Positions 19,473 through 28,829 of a DNA stretch of 54,681 bases are shown here, piece by piece; the first letter of the stretch is position 1; each line of letters starts with the position of its first letter. Position numbers and translations under genes: made by a program. The notes beneath the pieces were generated by a model. It did not search any database. It was not told the origin of the DNA and saw only the letters and a program-made list of their open reading frames with translations. This DNA comes from a virus (taxonomy: Duplodnaviria; Caudoviricetes): positions 1 through 54,681 of the IMG/VR virus record IMGVR_UViG_3300028571_000037. One strand, 5' to 3'.

Positions 19473-19973
19473 ATGAAAACTAAACTATCACTTTTATTTC
19501 TTGTCTTGACCTTTTTGGTAAAGGGCCAGTCCGCATATTATGGTTACTACGGAGGTGGGACGTACAATAACGGAAGGACTGTAGATTTTATACTTGTACA
19601 AGGTGACACGTCTCTTATCACAACCTTCAATGGTCTCGACCGAAGGGACTTCGGTATTTATGTTGGTGTGAGATATGGTGGTTTATTCAGTGGGTCTCTT
19701 TTTTACACACCTTTCAACACCATAAACAGGATCGGTATCACCAAAGGATTTATGAACGACGGTGTTAGGGGTATGGCGGGTTTAAAAATACAACCTGACG
19801 GTAATTCATATAATCTATATCCCGAATTCGGTGTTATGTTACACCCTATCAGATTTATCACCCAAGATCCATTTTCATTCGATATCACTTTCTCGGCTCA
19901 TCAGTCTAATCAAAGTAGAGTGGGATTTGGAATATCTATTCCAATTCAATTTAGAAACAACTTGAGATTGTAG
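19473..19973 (+). CDS. Secreted/outer-membrane beta-strand protein
   Basis: Signal peptide, Gly/aromatic-rich strands; TATATTTG at 19461. Confidence 0.6.
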   Translation: MKTKLSLLFLVLTFLVKGQSAYYGYYGGGTYNNGRTVDFILVQGDTSLITTFNGLDRRDFGIYVGVRYGGLFSGSLFYTPFNTINRIGITKGFMNDGVRGMAGLKIQPDGNSYNLYPEFGVMLHPIRFITQDPFSFDITFSAHQSNQSRVGFGISIPIQFRNNLRL

Positions 19974-19985
19974 TATTTATAGTCT

Positions 19986-20903
19986 ATGGACAAAGTCAAC
20001 ATAGATAAACTCAATGATCTCCTTCAACAGAGAAAATTGTCAATTTGTGGTCCAATTTTTAAAGACTCAACAATTGATGAATGTTTTGATTATTACATTG
20101 AGGTTATAGGTATCGACCCAAAACTCAAATTAAAACTCAAGGTGATAAAAAGTGTTACGAATGAACAAACTGACACATTTTGGAATATAGTTGGAAGAAT
20201 TTTAAATCGTAAAGACCTTCACTTACATGAACTATTTAGAACACGAATTATACAACTCTTGAAAAATTTTGGTATCAGTGACTTCAATATAGACAAATGG
20301 GAATATATTGAACCTGAAAAAAACAATGACATGATTCAAGAACAAAAAGTATCAAGAAAATTTCTTAGAGATATTGTCCGTGATATTATCTTTAAGATAA
20401 AAAAAGATTATAAAAAACCAAAGACTTACAAATACAATAGAGTTGATCCTGGTTTTGGTAATCCTTTTGATATGGAAATAGTTATGAATAAAGGTAAGGA
20501 TTTCGATGGCAAATTCCTAAAACCTTATGATATGGAAGCTTTTTGGGATGATGATACAGAAACACTCGAGGTGTTTTTGAATATAGACCCAAGGACAGAT
20601 CAGTCCTTTTTATACAATTTGGTTGGAGAATTTAACGATGTTATATCTCATGAGCTCACTCACAAAAGACAATATGAAAGAGGTGACAAGATATCGAAAC
20701 GTAGAATCACCCGACCTGAGACATATTACACACAACCACACGAGATTGAAGCACAAATGGTTGGTTTCAAACGAAAGTCTAAACTAACAAAAAGGCCTAT
20801 GGAAGAGATCATTAGAGACTACTTCAATAAAAGACGTGCCAAGTATAATTTGAATGACAAGATTATAGATCGTATTGTAAAAAAACTAATGGAACATGGA
20901 TAG
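19986..20903 (+). CDS. Protein with C-terminal HExxH metallopeptidase-like domain
   Basis: ISHELTHKRQ...YYTQPHEIEA; TATTTAT at 19974. Confidence 0.7.
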   Translation: MDKVNIDKLNDLLQQRKLSICGPIFKDSTIDECFDYYIEVIGIDPKLKLKLKVIKSVTNEQTDTFWNIVGRILNRKDLHLHELFRTRIIQLLKNFGISDFNIDKWEYIEPEKNNDMIQEQKVSRKFLRDIVRDIIFKIKKDYKKPKTYKYNRVDPGFGNPFDMEIVMNKGKDFDGKFLKPYDMEAFWDDDTETLEVFLNIDPRTDQSFLYNLVGEFNDVISHELTHKRQYERGDKISKRRITRPETYYTQPHEIEAQMVGFKRKSKLTKRPMEEIIRDYFNKRRAKYNLNDKIIDRIVKKLMEHG

Positions 20904-21288
20904 GAGAAAGAATTTAGAAAAGACTCAAAAATTGTTGAAGTTCGCACTAGAAACTGGTTTAGGTGAAAAAAATAGTGTTAGTATAGATTTTGATTTTGAT
21001 GTTAATCAGTCAGGATCAATTGAACAGATAATGATTTTCATCTTACTCGATCTTGGAGGTGAAGGTTATTATGAGTTGAAAGATTTGGTATTTGAACTTA
21101 ACCGACAAAAACAAATTATTGAAAATGTGTTGAGTCACCCAAAATTACAATTTCAAAACGACGGATCTTTGGGAGCCAATAATGGTAAAATAAATGATTT
21201 GACGGAGGCTGGAATCCTGAAGATGAATATTGACCCTGACGATTTTAAGGTTGGTTGGCACTTACTGGTTGAACCAACCAAAGATTAA
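20896..21288 (+). CDS. Hypothetical protein
   Basis: 130-aa ORF overlapping the upstream stop. Confidence 0.75.
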   Translation: MDRRKNLEKTQKLLKFALETGLGEKNSVSIDFDFDVNQSGSIEQIMIFILLDLGGEGYYELKDLVFELNRQKQIIENVLSHPKLQFQNDGSLGANNGKINDLTEAGILKMNIDPDDFKVGWHLLVEPTKD

Positions 21289-21315
21289 AGATTCTTACTT
21301 TTCTTGGCGTAAAAT

Positions 21316-21933
21316 TTAGGACTTATCTAATATTTTTTTTACAATACCTTCTAATACTTCTGTGGATATGGTAAAAATACCTATTGATATAAGTCTTTTC
21401 GATAATATACTAATTTCCTGTGGTGAGAAATCTTGACCTTGTAGTGTCATGGTCAGATAACCAAGTAAAGGTATCATATAAGTGTAGGATATTATATCGG
21501 TAATAAGCGCACCGGTTTTTAGTGACGATAATAAAAAACGTTGAAATGATAATTGTAATTTTTTTGTTTGAGAAAGACCATCTTTGAATTCTTCATAAAG
21601 ACCTGCTTTCTTTATTCTATTCAAAATTTCGACCGTCATTTTTCTATTTTCATTAAAAATGATTGCAACAACCCCGATTACTAATAGAAGAATTTCGTCT
21701 TCGTTCAAACTAGTAAATTTACCAGCGAGATAATTTTCTAATGGACGAGCTAATGCACCTATTAATGACGAAAAAGTTAGTAATATCCTTAAGTTAAGTC
21801 CAAATTTTTGAAAAACCCTTTTAAATAGATCAGCTGAGTAGTCTTTCGTCTCGGTATAGATTCCTTTTAGAACATCAGAAACTCCCTCAGATATCAATAT
21901 TTTGGTTTGAGATTCAGTGATTAAAATATCCAT
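21316..21933 (-). CDS. Hydrophobic protein with ITESQ leader
   Basis: MDILITESQTKILISEG; several hydrophobic helices; minus-strand TATTTAT. Confidence 0.78.
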   Translation of the reverse strand: MDILITESQTKILISEGVSDVLKGIYTETKDYSADLFKRVFQKFGLNLRILLTFSSLIGALARPLENYLAGKFTSLNEDEILLLVIGVVAIIFNENRKMTVEILNRIKKAGLYEEFKDGLSQTKKLQLSFQRFLLSSLKTGALITDIISYTYMIPLLGYLTMTLQGQDFSPQEISILSKRLISIGIFTISTEVLEGIVKKILDKS

Positions 21934-21965
21934 AATAATAAATACTTCATTATATTTATTTGTGT

Positions 21966-22274
21966 ATGAATAAATTAAATCCAAAATTAGAAGTCGGAGA
22001 TAGAATTGTTTTAATTAGCATGGATGACCCATATAAAATACCATCGGGAACCGTAGGTACGGTAATGAATATTCAGAAAGTACCATTTTCGGACAGCTCA
22101 GACTACAACTATCTAATCGATTGGGACAACGGATCAAAACTTGCTTTGGAACCTGACTTAGATGTTTGGGTACTAAAGTCAGATTATGATAATAGAAAAG
22201 ATAAAAAAGTTGATGAGTCATATAGTATCTACGAGGAACTATATCATCAACACATTAAGAAGATTGTGAAATAA
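21966..22274 (+). CDS. DUF4314-like protein
   Basis: GDRIVLISMDDPY-IPSGTVGTV...WDNGSKLAL. Confidence 0.75.
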   Translation: MNKLNPKLEVGDRIVLISMDDPYKIPSGTVGTVMNIQKVPFSDSSDYNYLIDWDNGSKLALEPDLDVWVLKSDYDNRKDKKVDESYSIYEELYHQHIKKIVK

Positions 22275-22565
22275 TTATTCTACAATTTCGTAAGAATATT
22301 CACCATTGTCAATAACAGGGTTCAACTCTATGTCCAAAAACATGGGATAATCATCACCTTGTGAAGATCCCTTCATATTATAATCAAAATGTTCCAAGGC
22401 ATCTTCAACGGTTAACCCTTCATTGACTAAATTATCAATTATTTTGGGTACACTGTATAAAACGTGTCTTCCCATCGATTGTGAGACAACTCCGATAATG
22501 GCGTTATCGTGATCTGGTAAGGTCAAACAATCCTCACAAAAATCACTTAGTTGATACAGATCCAT
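22275..22565 (-). CDS. Hypothetical phage protein
   Basis: DNAIIGV...YS...EDALEHFDYN motif common in phages. Confidence 0.75.
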   Translation of the reverse strand: MDLYQLSDFCEDCLTLPDHDNAIIGVVSQSMGRHVLYSVPKIIDNLVNEGLTVEDALEHFDYNMKGSSQGDDYPMFLDIELNPVIDNGEYSYEIVE

Positions 22566-22776
22566 TATCGTATTTTGAGAAAGTTACCTCTAAATTGACC
22601 AATTTGTCATTAGCTGTCGCCAACTTTTCAACATATTTGTCCATTTCCTCCAAGATTTGAGGATGTTCACCGATACCTACAGCACTTGTAAAGTAGATCT
22701 CCAAGGTGGCACGAGCCTCAGCAATATCCGATTCGTATTTCTTTTTCAGTGCGGTATAAATAAAATATTCTTTCAT
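22543..22776 (-). CDS. Small helical phage protein
   Basis: VGIGEHP motif. Confidence 0.75.
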   Translation of the reverse strand: MKEYFIYTALKKKYESDIAEARATLEIYFTSAVGIGEHPQILEEMDKYVEKLATANDKLVNLEVTFSKYDNGSVSTK

Positions 22777-22821
22777 AGTATTTTTTTATAAATGATAAAC
22801 TTATTATAGGGTGTAATCAAG

Positions 22822-23262
22822 TTAGTTGTAAAATTTTTCAGCCAAGAATTTTAGTCGGTATCCTTTGACATATTCCTTTATCTGTGATTTGGGTAACCAA
22901 AATTCGAACTCACCGATAGAATCAAGTTTTTGAGTAACATGGTCACGGAAAGATAAAAGAGTTTCTTCTGATACCGGATACTTCAACCCGATGTGTTTAC
23001 TACAAGTGGGACCGATTCCAACAATCATACCCAAAGTAGTCTTTAAGGTAGCGTTGCAAATTCGGCAACACTTTCCATTTTGTTGAGTAAGTTTAGCACG
23101 AACACGAACCGCATCGGTGGTCATATGAGTGGTACTGATCAGATCAACCAAAATCGGGTGAAAGTTCAATCCAAGGTTTTTACGAATTTCTAAAGCGATC
23201 TTACGCTTTAATTTTACGGATTCGTTGTTGAGAGGAACACGGATTTCGATTTCGTTGGTCAT
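22822..23262 (-). CDS. Zinc-finger (DUF6011-like) protein
   Basis: CRICNATL...GIGPTC; TACCTTTG promoter at 23289-23296. Confidence 0.7.
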   Translation of the reverse strand: MTNEIEIRVPLNNESVKLKRKIALEIRKNLGLNFHPILVDLISTTHMTTDAVRVRAKLTQQNGKCCRICNATLKTTLGMIVGIGPTCSKHIGLKYPVSEETLLSFRDHVTQKLDSIGEFEFWLPKSQIKEYVKGYRLKFLAEKFYN

Positions 23263-23341
23263 GTTTTGAGGATTTGTTGTTGTATACCCAAAGGTAAGTC
23301 ATTTTTTTATATCGGCAAGGTATTTATAGTAAATTTATTAT

Positions 23342-24526
23342 ATGAACGCATTTTTTCTTTCAGTAAAAGCTGATGAACGTGAAAACATCTTATCACAACA
23401 CCGCAAAGTATATGACGGTTATCAGACTTTGAATCCAGCCGCGATGGATGCAATTCAACCTCTCTATACACAAGATTTTGCAAATGACAAAGAAGGATTA
23501 GTTGTGAATAATAAAGGTGAAGTAATGCCGTACACAAATATGGGAATAAATGAATCCAAATTAGACTTCTCACCCCTCGGTTATGCGAAACGAGTTATCA
23601 AAGGTGATATTTCTATCGAAGATGCGATGGAGGAATCAGGTTTACCCTTTATGTTAATTTCAAGATTGGTAAAAAAACTGACTGGTAAATCTCTTGAGAT
23701 CAGAGAAGAAGAAATGTGTGAACAATGTGATCAAGAAATGTCAGAGGAAAATGGTGATAAGATGACATTATCAATGTTGGGAGATGCGATTATGAATTCC
23801 CAAGAATTCCAAGATATATTTTCAATGATGGATCCCACAGAATTCGGTGACGAATTTGAATACACTGATAACGTATTATATAATGTCTTACAAGATTACG
23901 AAGGTGAACCATTTTATGATGATTTGTATGATTACTTGAGGGACAATTATTCCGAAAGTCTGTTCGACTCTTATTTGGTGACCGTTGGTGGTAATTACTC
24001 TGACGAAGATAACACCGAAGATATTGATTACGAAGAACTAGATGAGATCTATGCTGATGATATGGACGTATCTGACGAAGAATCAGCATATCAGTTTGTA
24101 TCCCACGGTCCCGATGATGTATACGGCACAATGAAGGATTATGATAGTGCTACGGGTTCCTACCACAAGATCGATTCTATGAAAGATGTCCAACAATATG
24201 ATGACAGCTCCGATATCAACAATATGTTTGGTGATCTATCCGATGGTATGGCTTTCTCTGACGAGGATCAATCCGATACATTCCAACACGATGCTGGTGA
24301 TGTAGATAGAGAAGGAGACTCAGGATTAGGTATGGATACCGAAAACGATATGGACCTATCAAAGGTTAAACCAGCATATGATTTTATGTCAGACGGTCCC
24401 GATGACCCCTATGGTGTTGAAGAAGAAGAAGACATCGAAGAAATGGTTGACGAAGACCTCAGGGAGTCATTCAAAGAAAAAAGAAAACTCGTTATGGAAA
24501 TGATGAGTAGAATGTCCAAGTTCTAA
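23342..24526 (+). CDS. Highly acidic protein with an internal duplication
   Basis: SAYQFVSHGPDDVYG and PAYDFMSDGPDDPYG; TATTTAT at 23321. Confidence 0.82.
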   Translation: MNAFFLSVKADERENILSQHRKVYDGYQTLNPAAMDAIQPLYTQDFANDKEGLVVNNKGEVMPYTNMGINESKLDFSPLGYAKRVIKGDISIEDAMEESGLPFMLISRLVKKLTGKSLEIREEEMCEQCDQEMSEENGDKMTLSMLGDAIMNSQEFQDIFSMMDPTEFGDEFEYTDNVLYNVLQDYEGEPFYDDLYDYLRDNYSESLFDSYLVTVGGNYSDEDNTEDIDYEELDEIYADDMDVSDEESAYQFVSHGPDDVYGTMKDYDSATGSYHKIDSMKDVQQYDDSSDINNMFGDLSDGMAFSDEDQSDTFQHDAGDVDREGDSGLGMDTENDMDLSKVKPAYDFMSDGPDDPYGVEEEEDIEEMVDEDLRESFKEKRKLVMEMMSRMSKF

Positions 24527-24532
24527 AACTAT

Positions 24533-24561
24533 ATCCCCTTTATAAACAAGGGGATTTTTTT
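24533..24561 (+). terminator. Rho-independent terminator
   Basis: ATCCCCTT/AAGGGGAT stem followed by a T run. Confidence 0.75.
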
Positions 24562-24572
24562 ATATTGGATAT

Positions 24573-25307
24573 ATGAAAATAGATTGTGTTTATATCATAT
24601 CTTTGGATTTAAGTCCTGAGTATATGACAGAATTAATCAATAGGGCTAAACAACTACCACTTTCCAAAGACACCAAAATTGTTATAAAAAAAGGTTTTCC
24701 AGGTATATCCTTAAAGTACAATCCAAACTCAGAATATCAGTTGTATAACAATTGGGACTTAACGGATTCGGGTAGTAAAGTATTTTTTTGGACTAGACCT
24801 GTGAAGTTTGGTGAAGCTGGTGGTATGATATCACACACACAATGTTGGGAAGACGCTTATAAACGAGGATATAATACAATTATGATTCTCGAAGATGATT
24901 TCACTCTCAATCATAAAATAGATTGGCAGATTTTTGATGGTTTGGGTAACTATTTTTGGGAGTTTTGTTTGTTATCACATAACTCGTTAGAAGATTATTT
25001 TACTGACATTCCAAAACCAGCATCTATTGGTGTGGATGGTTTTGTAAGGCCGACTTTTTTTTACAACACCCATACGTATATTATCAATAAAAGTGGAATA
25101 GAAAAATTGGTTGAATATTACTTACCAACCCTGAAGAAAAATATTATCGTCAGCGATGAATTTTTATCGGCCGTCACATCGTCTCATCCGAGGAAAGATT
25201 TGAGAGAGATGTACATATCGAATATATCAGCGATTGCTACAATTAAAAACTACACAGGACAATCAAGATCCGAAGGTATTGGTAACAGTTTGACTGAGAT
25301 AGAATAA
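24573..25307 (+). CDS. Glycosyltransferase family 25
   Basis: YIISLD, GEAGGMISH, MILEDD, THTYIINKSG, DEFL. Confidence 0.85.
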   Translation: MKIDCVYIISLDLSPEYMTELINRAKQLPLSKDTKIVIKKGFPGISLKYNPNSEYQLYNNWDLTDSGSKVFFWTRPVKFGEAGGMISHTQCWEDAYKRGYNTIMILEDDFTLNHKIDWQIFDGLGNYFWEFCLLSHNSLEDYFTDIPKPASIGVDGFVRPTFFYNTHTYIINKSGIEKLVEYYLPTLKKNIIVSDEFLSAVTSSHPRKDLREMYISNISAIATIKNYTGQSRSEGIGNSLTEIE

Positions 25308-25814
25308 TTAGTCACGATATCCTCCCACGAGCATTTTGACTTCTTTTTCGTCAATATTCTGTTTACTCAACCATATTTTTTTTGTGTCGTAGACATCAAA
25401 TTTGATATGATTGAAAAATAAGAATAATGTACCTCTATTTGTATCGTATGTGATGGGATCCATATTAGTTTCGTAAACATATTTTTCCATCAAGACTGGT
25501 CCAAATGGTAATAACTTTCTTACGTCTTCCATAACCTCAGGTTGATAAAATTCGTTGGTCACCGAAATTGAGATAATATCTTCAAGTCCAAAGTCTTGAT
25601 TTTTGACGTATTTTACGAGTTCTGTTATGTATAATTCTTCCTCTACCAATACTAATTCTATGGGTTTTGTTGAATTGGTCAAAAACTCAATATCAATTTC
25701 TTTTTTATAAAAGATAACAAACTTATCAACGGTGTCGGTATATTTTTCGATTCTTTTTTTTAGACTGATTCTATTGTCGTGATAGAAAATACAGTCAATT
25801 ATTTTGTTTAACAT
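25308..25814 (-). CDS. Possible divergent GT17-like protein
   Basis: KIIDCIFY...VDKFVI N-terminus resembles GT17, but no clear DxD. Confidence 0.4.
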   Translation of the reverse strand: MLNKIIDCIFYHDNRISLKKRIEKYTDTVDKFVIFYKKEIDIEFLTNSTKPIELVLVEEELYITELVKYVKNQDFGLEDIISISVTNEFYQPEVMEDVRKLLPFGPVLMEKYVYETNMDPITYDTNRGTLFLFFNHIKFDVYDTKKIWLSKQNIDEKEVKMLVGGYRD

Positions 25815-25868
25815 ATTTGTAATACTTTATTTATCTAATAATAGTCTTAATTTTTTAAAAAAAAAGAT

Positions 25869-26468
25869 ATGACATATTCTGATCCATTTATTAATCACTA
25901 TTCGGAACAAAACTTAGATTTTATGAACTTTTATGTCTTTAGTGAATTATTCACGGAAGAGGAGGTAGAGAACATTATAGAATTGGGTAATAGTTTGACT
26001 ATGAGAGAAGGAAAAATTAACGGAGGAAAAAATGATCTCAATACCGAAATTAGAAAAAGTGAAATCGGGTTTTTCGGGGTTACAGATCAGACAAGATGGA
26101 TTTTCGATAAGATTGCTGAACACGTTCTTATAGCAAACAAACAAATGTGGAACTTTGATCTGATCGGTTTCGGTGATAGTATTCAATTTACAAAATATTA
26201 TGGAGATGGTGGACACTATGACTGGCATGCTGATATTGGGGAAAGTGTTCCTCATCGAAAAATTTCTGTTGTAGTACAATTGTCTGATGAGGACGAATAC
26301 GAAGGTGGTAACTTACAATTCAACGTTGGAAGATACTACCCTCAAGCACCAAAAAAGAAAGGTACTATGGTGGTTTTTCCAACTTATATGTTACATAGAG
26401 TATCTCCTGTTGTCGATGGAACTAGGATGAGTTTGGTATCATGGGTTTCGGGACCCAATTTTAAGTAA
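25869..26468 (+). CDS. 2OG-Fe(II) oxygenase (PKHD/prolyl-hydroxylase type)
   Basis: WHAD, YEGG, HRVSPV, RMSLVSW. Confidence 0.93.
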   Translation: MTYSDPFINHYSEQNLDFMNFYVFSELFTEEEVENIIELGNSLTMREGKINGGKNDLNTEIRKSEIGFFGVTDQTRWIFDKIAEHVLIANKQMWNFDLIGFGDSIQFTKYYGDGGHYDWHADIGESVPHRKISVVVQLSDEDEYEGGNLQFNVGRYYPQAPKKKGTMVVFPTYMLHRVSPVVDGTRMSLVSWVSGPNFK

Positions 26469-26866
26469 TGATTGAAAGAATAGAACCCACTGAAATTATT
26501 GGTAAACTTTCTGAACATAAAAAGTTTATGTGGATCTGTTATTTAAAAAATAGTAATGCTTTAGCAATCAGACCAACTTGGGATCCAGCACCATCGGGTG
26601 CTGAAAGTGTAATACTTTTAGTACACGACGAGTTTCCTAACTTGATTGTATTCGAAAGTTACATAGATGAGGCGTATGACCAGGTTAAGGAATTTGGTGT
26701 TATTGAATCAGATATTATTTATAGAAACAAATTGAGACCAATCATGATGACATTTAAAAATGGTTGGATAAATAAAACTTCAGGAAGTAATTGTTATTGT
26801 ACTGAAACGTTTGTAGACCTGATTATTGATCTACATCCTGAGTTCTTAAACACTTTATCTATTTGA
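26468..26866 (+). CDS. Hypothetical protein
   Basis: 132-aa ORF, coupled by TAATG. Confidence 0.7.
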   Translation: MIERIEPTEIIGKLSEHKKFMWICYLKNSNALAIRPTWDPAPSGAESVILLVHDEFPNLIVFESYIDEAYDQVKEFGVIESDIIYRNKLRPIMMTFKNGWINKTSGSNCYCTETFVDLIIDLHPEFLNTLSI

Positions 26867-27575
26867 ACCAACCTGTGTAGGTAAATCTGAGTTCAGGTGT
26901 TCCTGGGCTCACTGGTGATACAAAATGCCACTTACCCTTATCTTTTGGTAAGTAAAATAAAGTAAGGGTATTGAAAGTCGGTACTTCGATCCTCTCGACC
27001 TTTTCTCTTTTGTCATCCATAAAATGAAGTAGTCCACCATATTCGGGTAACCAATTTTTAGAGAGTTGATATACAAATCCTAAAGTACCATTAGGTGAAT
27101 CAACATGTGGGGATAGGTAATCTCCGATGCCGTAACAAGCAGCAAAAACTTCATCACTATCGGTGTATTTTGTTCCTGTAGATTGTGATATAAAATTTAA
27201 ACATTCTGAATCTACTAGCCATTTTCTCAAATTACACTCGGTACACAAACAATCCTCAAAATGATTATCTTTTGTTCTAAAGAAATTATAAGCAAATTTA
27301 CCCTCAGAAAAGGATTTTAAACTAATTTCATAGTTTTTACGGATTTCATTATAGTTTTCCTCGATATTTCGAACAAAGGAGGGACCAGTCTCGTTTTCTT
27401 GGGGAAAAGTAGACACTTCCCACCATTCAGAAGGCATTTCTTCACTAAACCACGAATAAAGTTTTTCAGCAATTTCTGGTTCCATGAAATTTTCTATTAC
27501 CACTACTTTATTTTTCTTGAATTCTTTTTTTACCAATTCAAGGTTTACCGATTTGTTTATAATTTTTTCAAACAT
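26859..27575 (-). CDS. 2OG-Fe(II) oxygenase
   Basis: LSPHVD, YGGLLHF, HFVSPV, RFTYTGW. Confidence 0.9.
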   Translation of the reverse strand: MFEKIINKSVNLELVKKEFKKNKVVVIENFMEPEIAEKLYSWFSEEMPSEWWEVSTFPQENETGPSFVRNIEENYNEIRKNYEISLKSFSEGKFAYNFFRTKDNHFEDCLCTECNLRKWLVDSECLNFISQSTGTKYTDSDEVFAACYGIGDYLSPHVDSPNGTLGFVYQLSKNWLPEYGGLLHFMDDKREKVERIEVPTFNTLTLFYLPKDKGKWHFVSPVSPGTPELRFTYTGWFK

Positions 27576-27578
27576 TTT

Positions 27579-28157
27579 TTAGTTTTCTGTGTTGAAGAAG
27601 AAGACCTGAAATAATCTACCATTCTCTTTATTGGTTCCAAAGTAATCCAAAGATACGTGGAAATTATTTGACCTGTATAGTATTAACCTGTTGAATACAT
27701 TACCTATTTTGTCTACCATTTCCCATTTTGTATAATCTTGACTGTCCATAGATATTATTTTATAAATAGGGTCATCATCCTGACCTTCGTAATTTTTCCA
27801 TGTTGAAATGTTCGTTTCCTTATGTTTGAAAAGACCGGTACCTGATGATAGAGGTGCGTCGGGTGTAAGATAACAAACTCCAGCCCAATCTGTGTATGAG
27901 TCAGTATGTATCCATGATCTGTCTTTAGAGGTCGTGTATTGGAAAGAACCAGTGTATTCTCCACCCCAATTAGTTACTTTACCAACGGTTGGTTCTAATA
28001 CTTTTTGAATAAGGTCCTTGATGTTATCATTTAAAAAAGATTTGGTTCTCTCACCAGGAAAATTACCTCTGACTTTATACTCTTGTTGTAGTGCAAAATC
28101 TCTAACTTCGTGTGGATTTGAATAAAAATCATCAATAACTAAGGAATTAACTCTCAT
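27579..28157 (-). CDS. 2OG-Fe(II) oxygenase-like (DUF6445-like)
   Basis: VIDDFY-NP, WIHTD, AGVCYL, FNRLILY, H, RLFQVFF. Confidence 0.85.
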   Translation of the reverse strand: MRVNSLVIDDFYSNPHEVRDFALQQEYKVRGNFPGERTKSFLNDNIKDLIQKVLEPTVGKVTNWGGEYTGSFQYTTSKDRSWIHTDSYTDWAGVCYLTPDAPLSSGTGLFKHKETNISTWKNYEGQDDDPIYKIISMDSQDYTKWEMVDKIGNVFNRLILYRSNNFHVSLDYFGTNKENGRLFQVFFFNTEN

Positions 28158-28239
28158 TTTTTTAATTTTATTTTAATAATATAATTACTTTTGATAAAGA
28201 AAATGATATTTGTTGTATATAAACAATCAAATTGTAATT

Positions 28240-28557
28240 ATGGAAGTTAAGGAAATTGTACAAACTATCATTAGAGAACCTGTTTTGGAAGTTCATTTCA
28301 GAATGGATGTTGATGGTGACGATGTTATTCGTATCAAAGAATTTATCATAGGGGAAATTAACGACTATGGTTACGAAGTTTTTACCGAAAACTTAAACAT
28401 TTTCGACTCAATTGTATGGAGTGATGATAATTACGAAGATGATGGTTTTGCAGATATTGATAATGAACCGATGGAGGTAGATGAAGAAGAACTCATAATT
28501 TTTATGAATGAATTTTTTGTAATATCCGATGATATTCCTGAACCAGAATTTTTTTAG
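28240..28557 (+). CDS. Acidic hypothetical protein
   Basis: ORF from MEVKEIV. Confidence 0.75.
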   Translation: MEVKEIVQTIIREPVLEVHFRMDVDGDDVIRIKEFIIGEINDYGYEVFTENLNIFDSIVWSDDNYEDDGFADIDNEPMEVDEEELIIFMNEFFVISDDIPEPEFF

Positions 28558-28571
28558 AGGTATTTATTATT

Positions 28572-28802
28572 ATGCGACAAAAGACAATCGGGATGGAAGT
28601 ATTGATTGATATGTTCCAAAAGTTATCCGAAAACCCCGTTGAAATGGGGGAACAAGAAGATGGCGATGGTGGTGGGGGTAAAAGTCCCACAAAACATTTT
28701 GATTTATATAAACCTGTACGAGGTGCCGCAAATCAAATTGGAAATACTAAGTGGAGTGATTCATATACCCTAAAAAGGGGTGTGGCTAACACTTTATTTT
28801 AA
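28572..28802 (+). CDS. Small protein with duplicated RG-AN motif
   Basis: VRGAANQI / KRGVANTL; TATTTAT at 28561. Confidence 0.7.
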   Translation: MRQKTIGMEVLIDMFQKLSENPVEMGEQEDGDGGGGKSPTKHFDLYKPVRGAANQIGNTKWSDSYTLKRGVANTLF

Positions 28803-28829
28803 TAATGATATTTATATAATAAAAAAACC

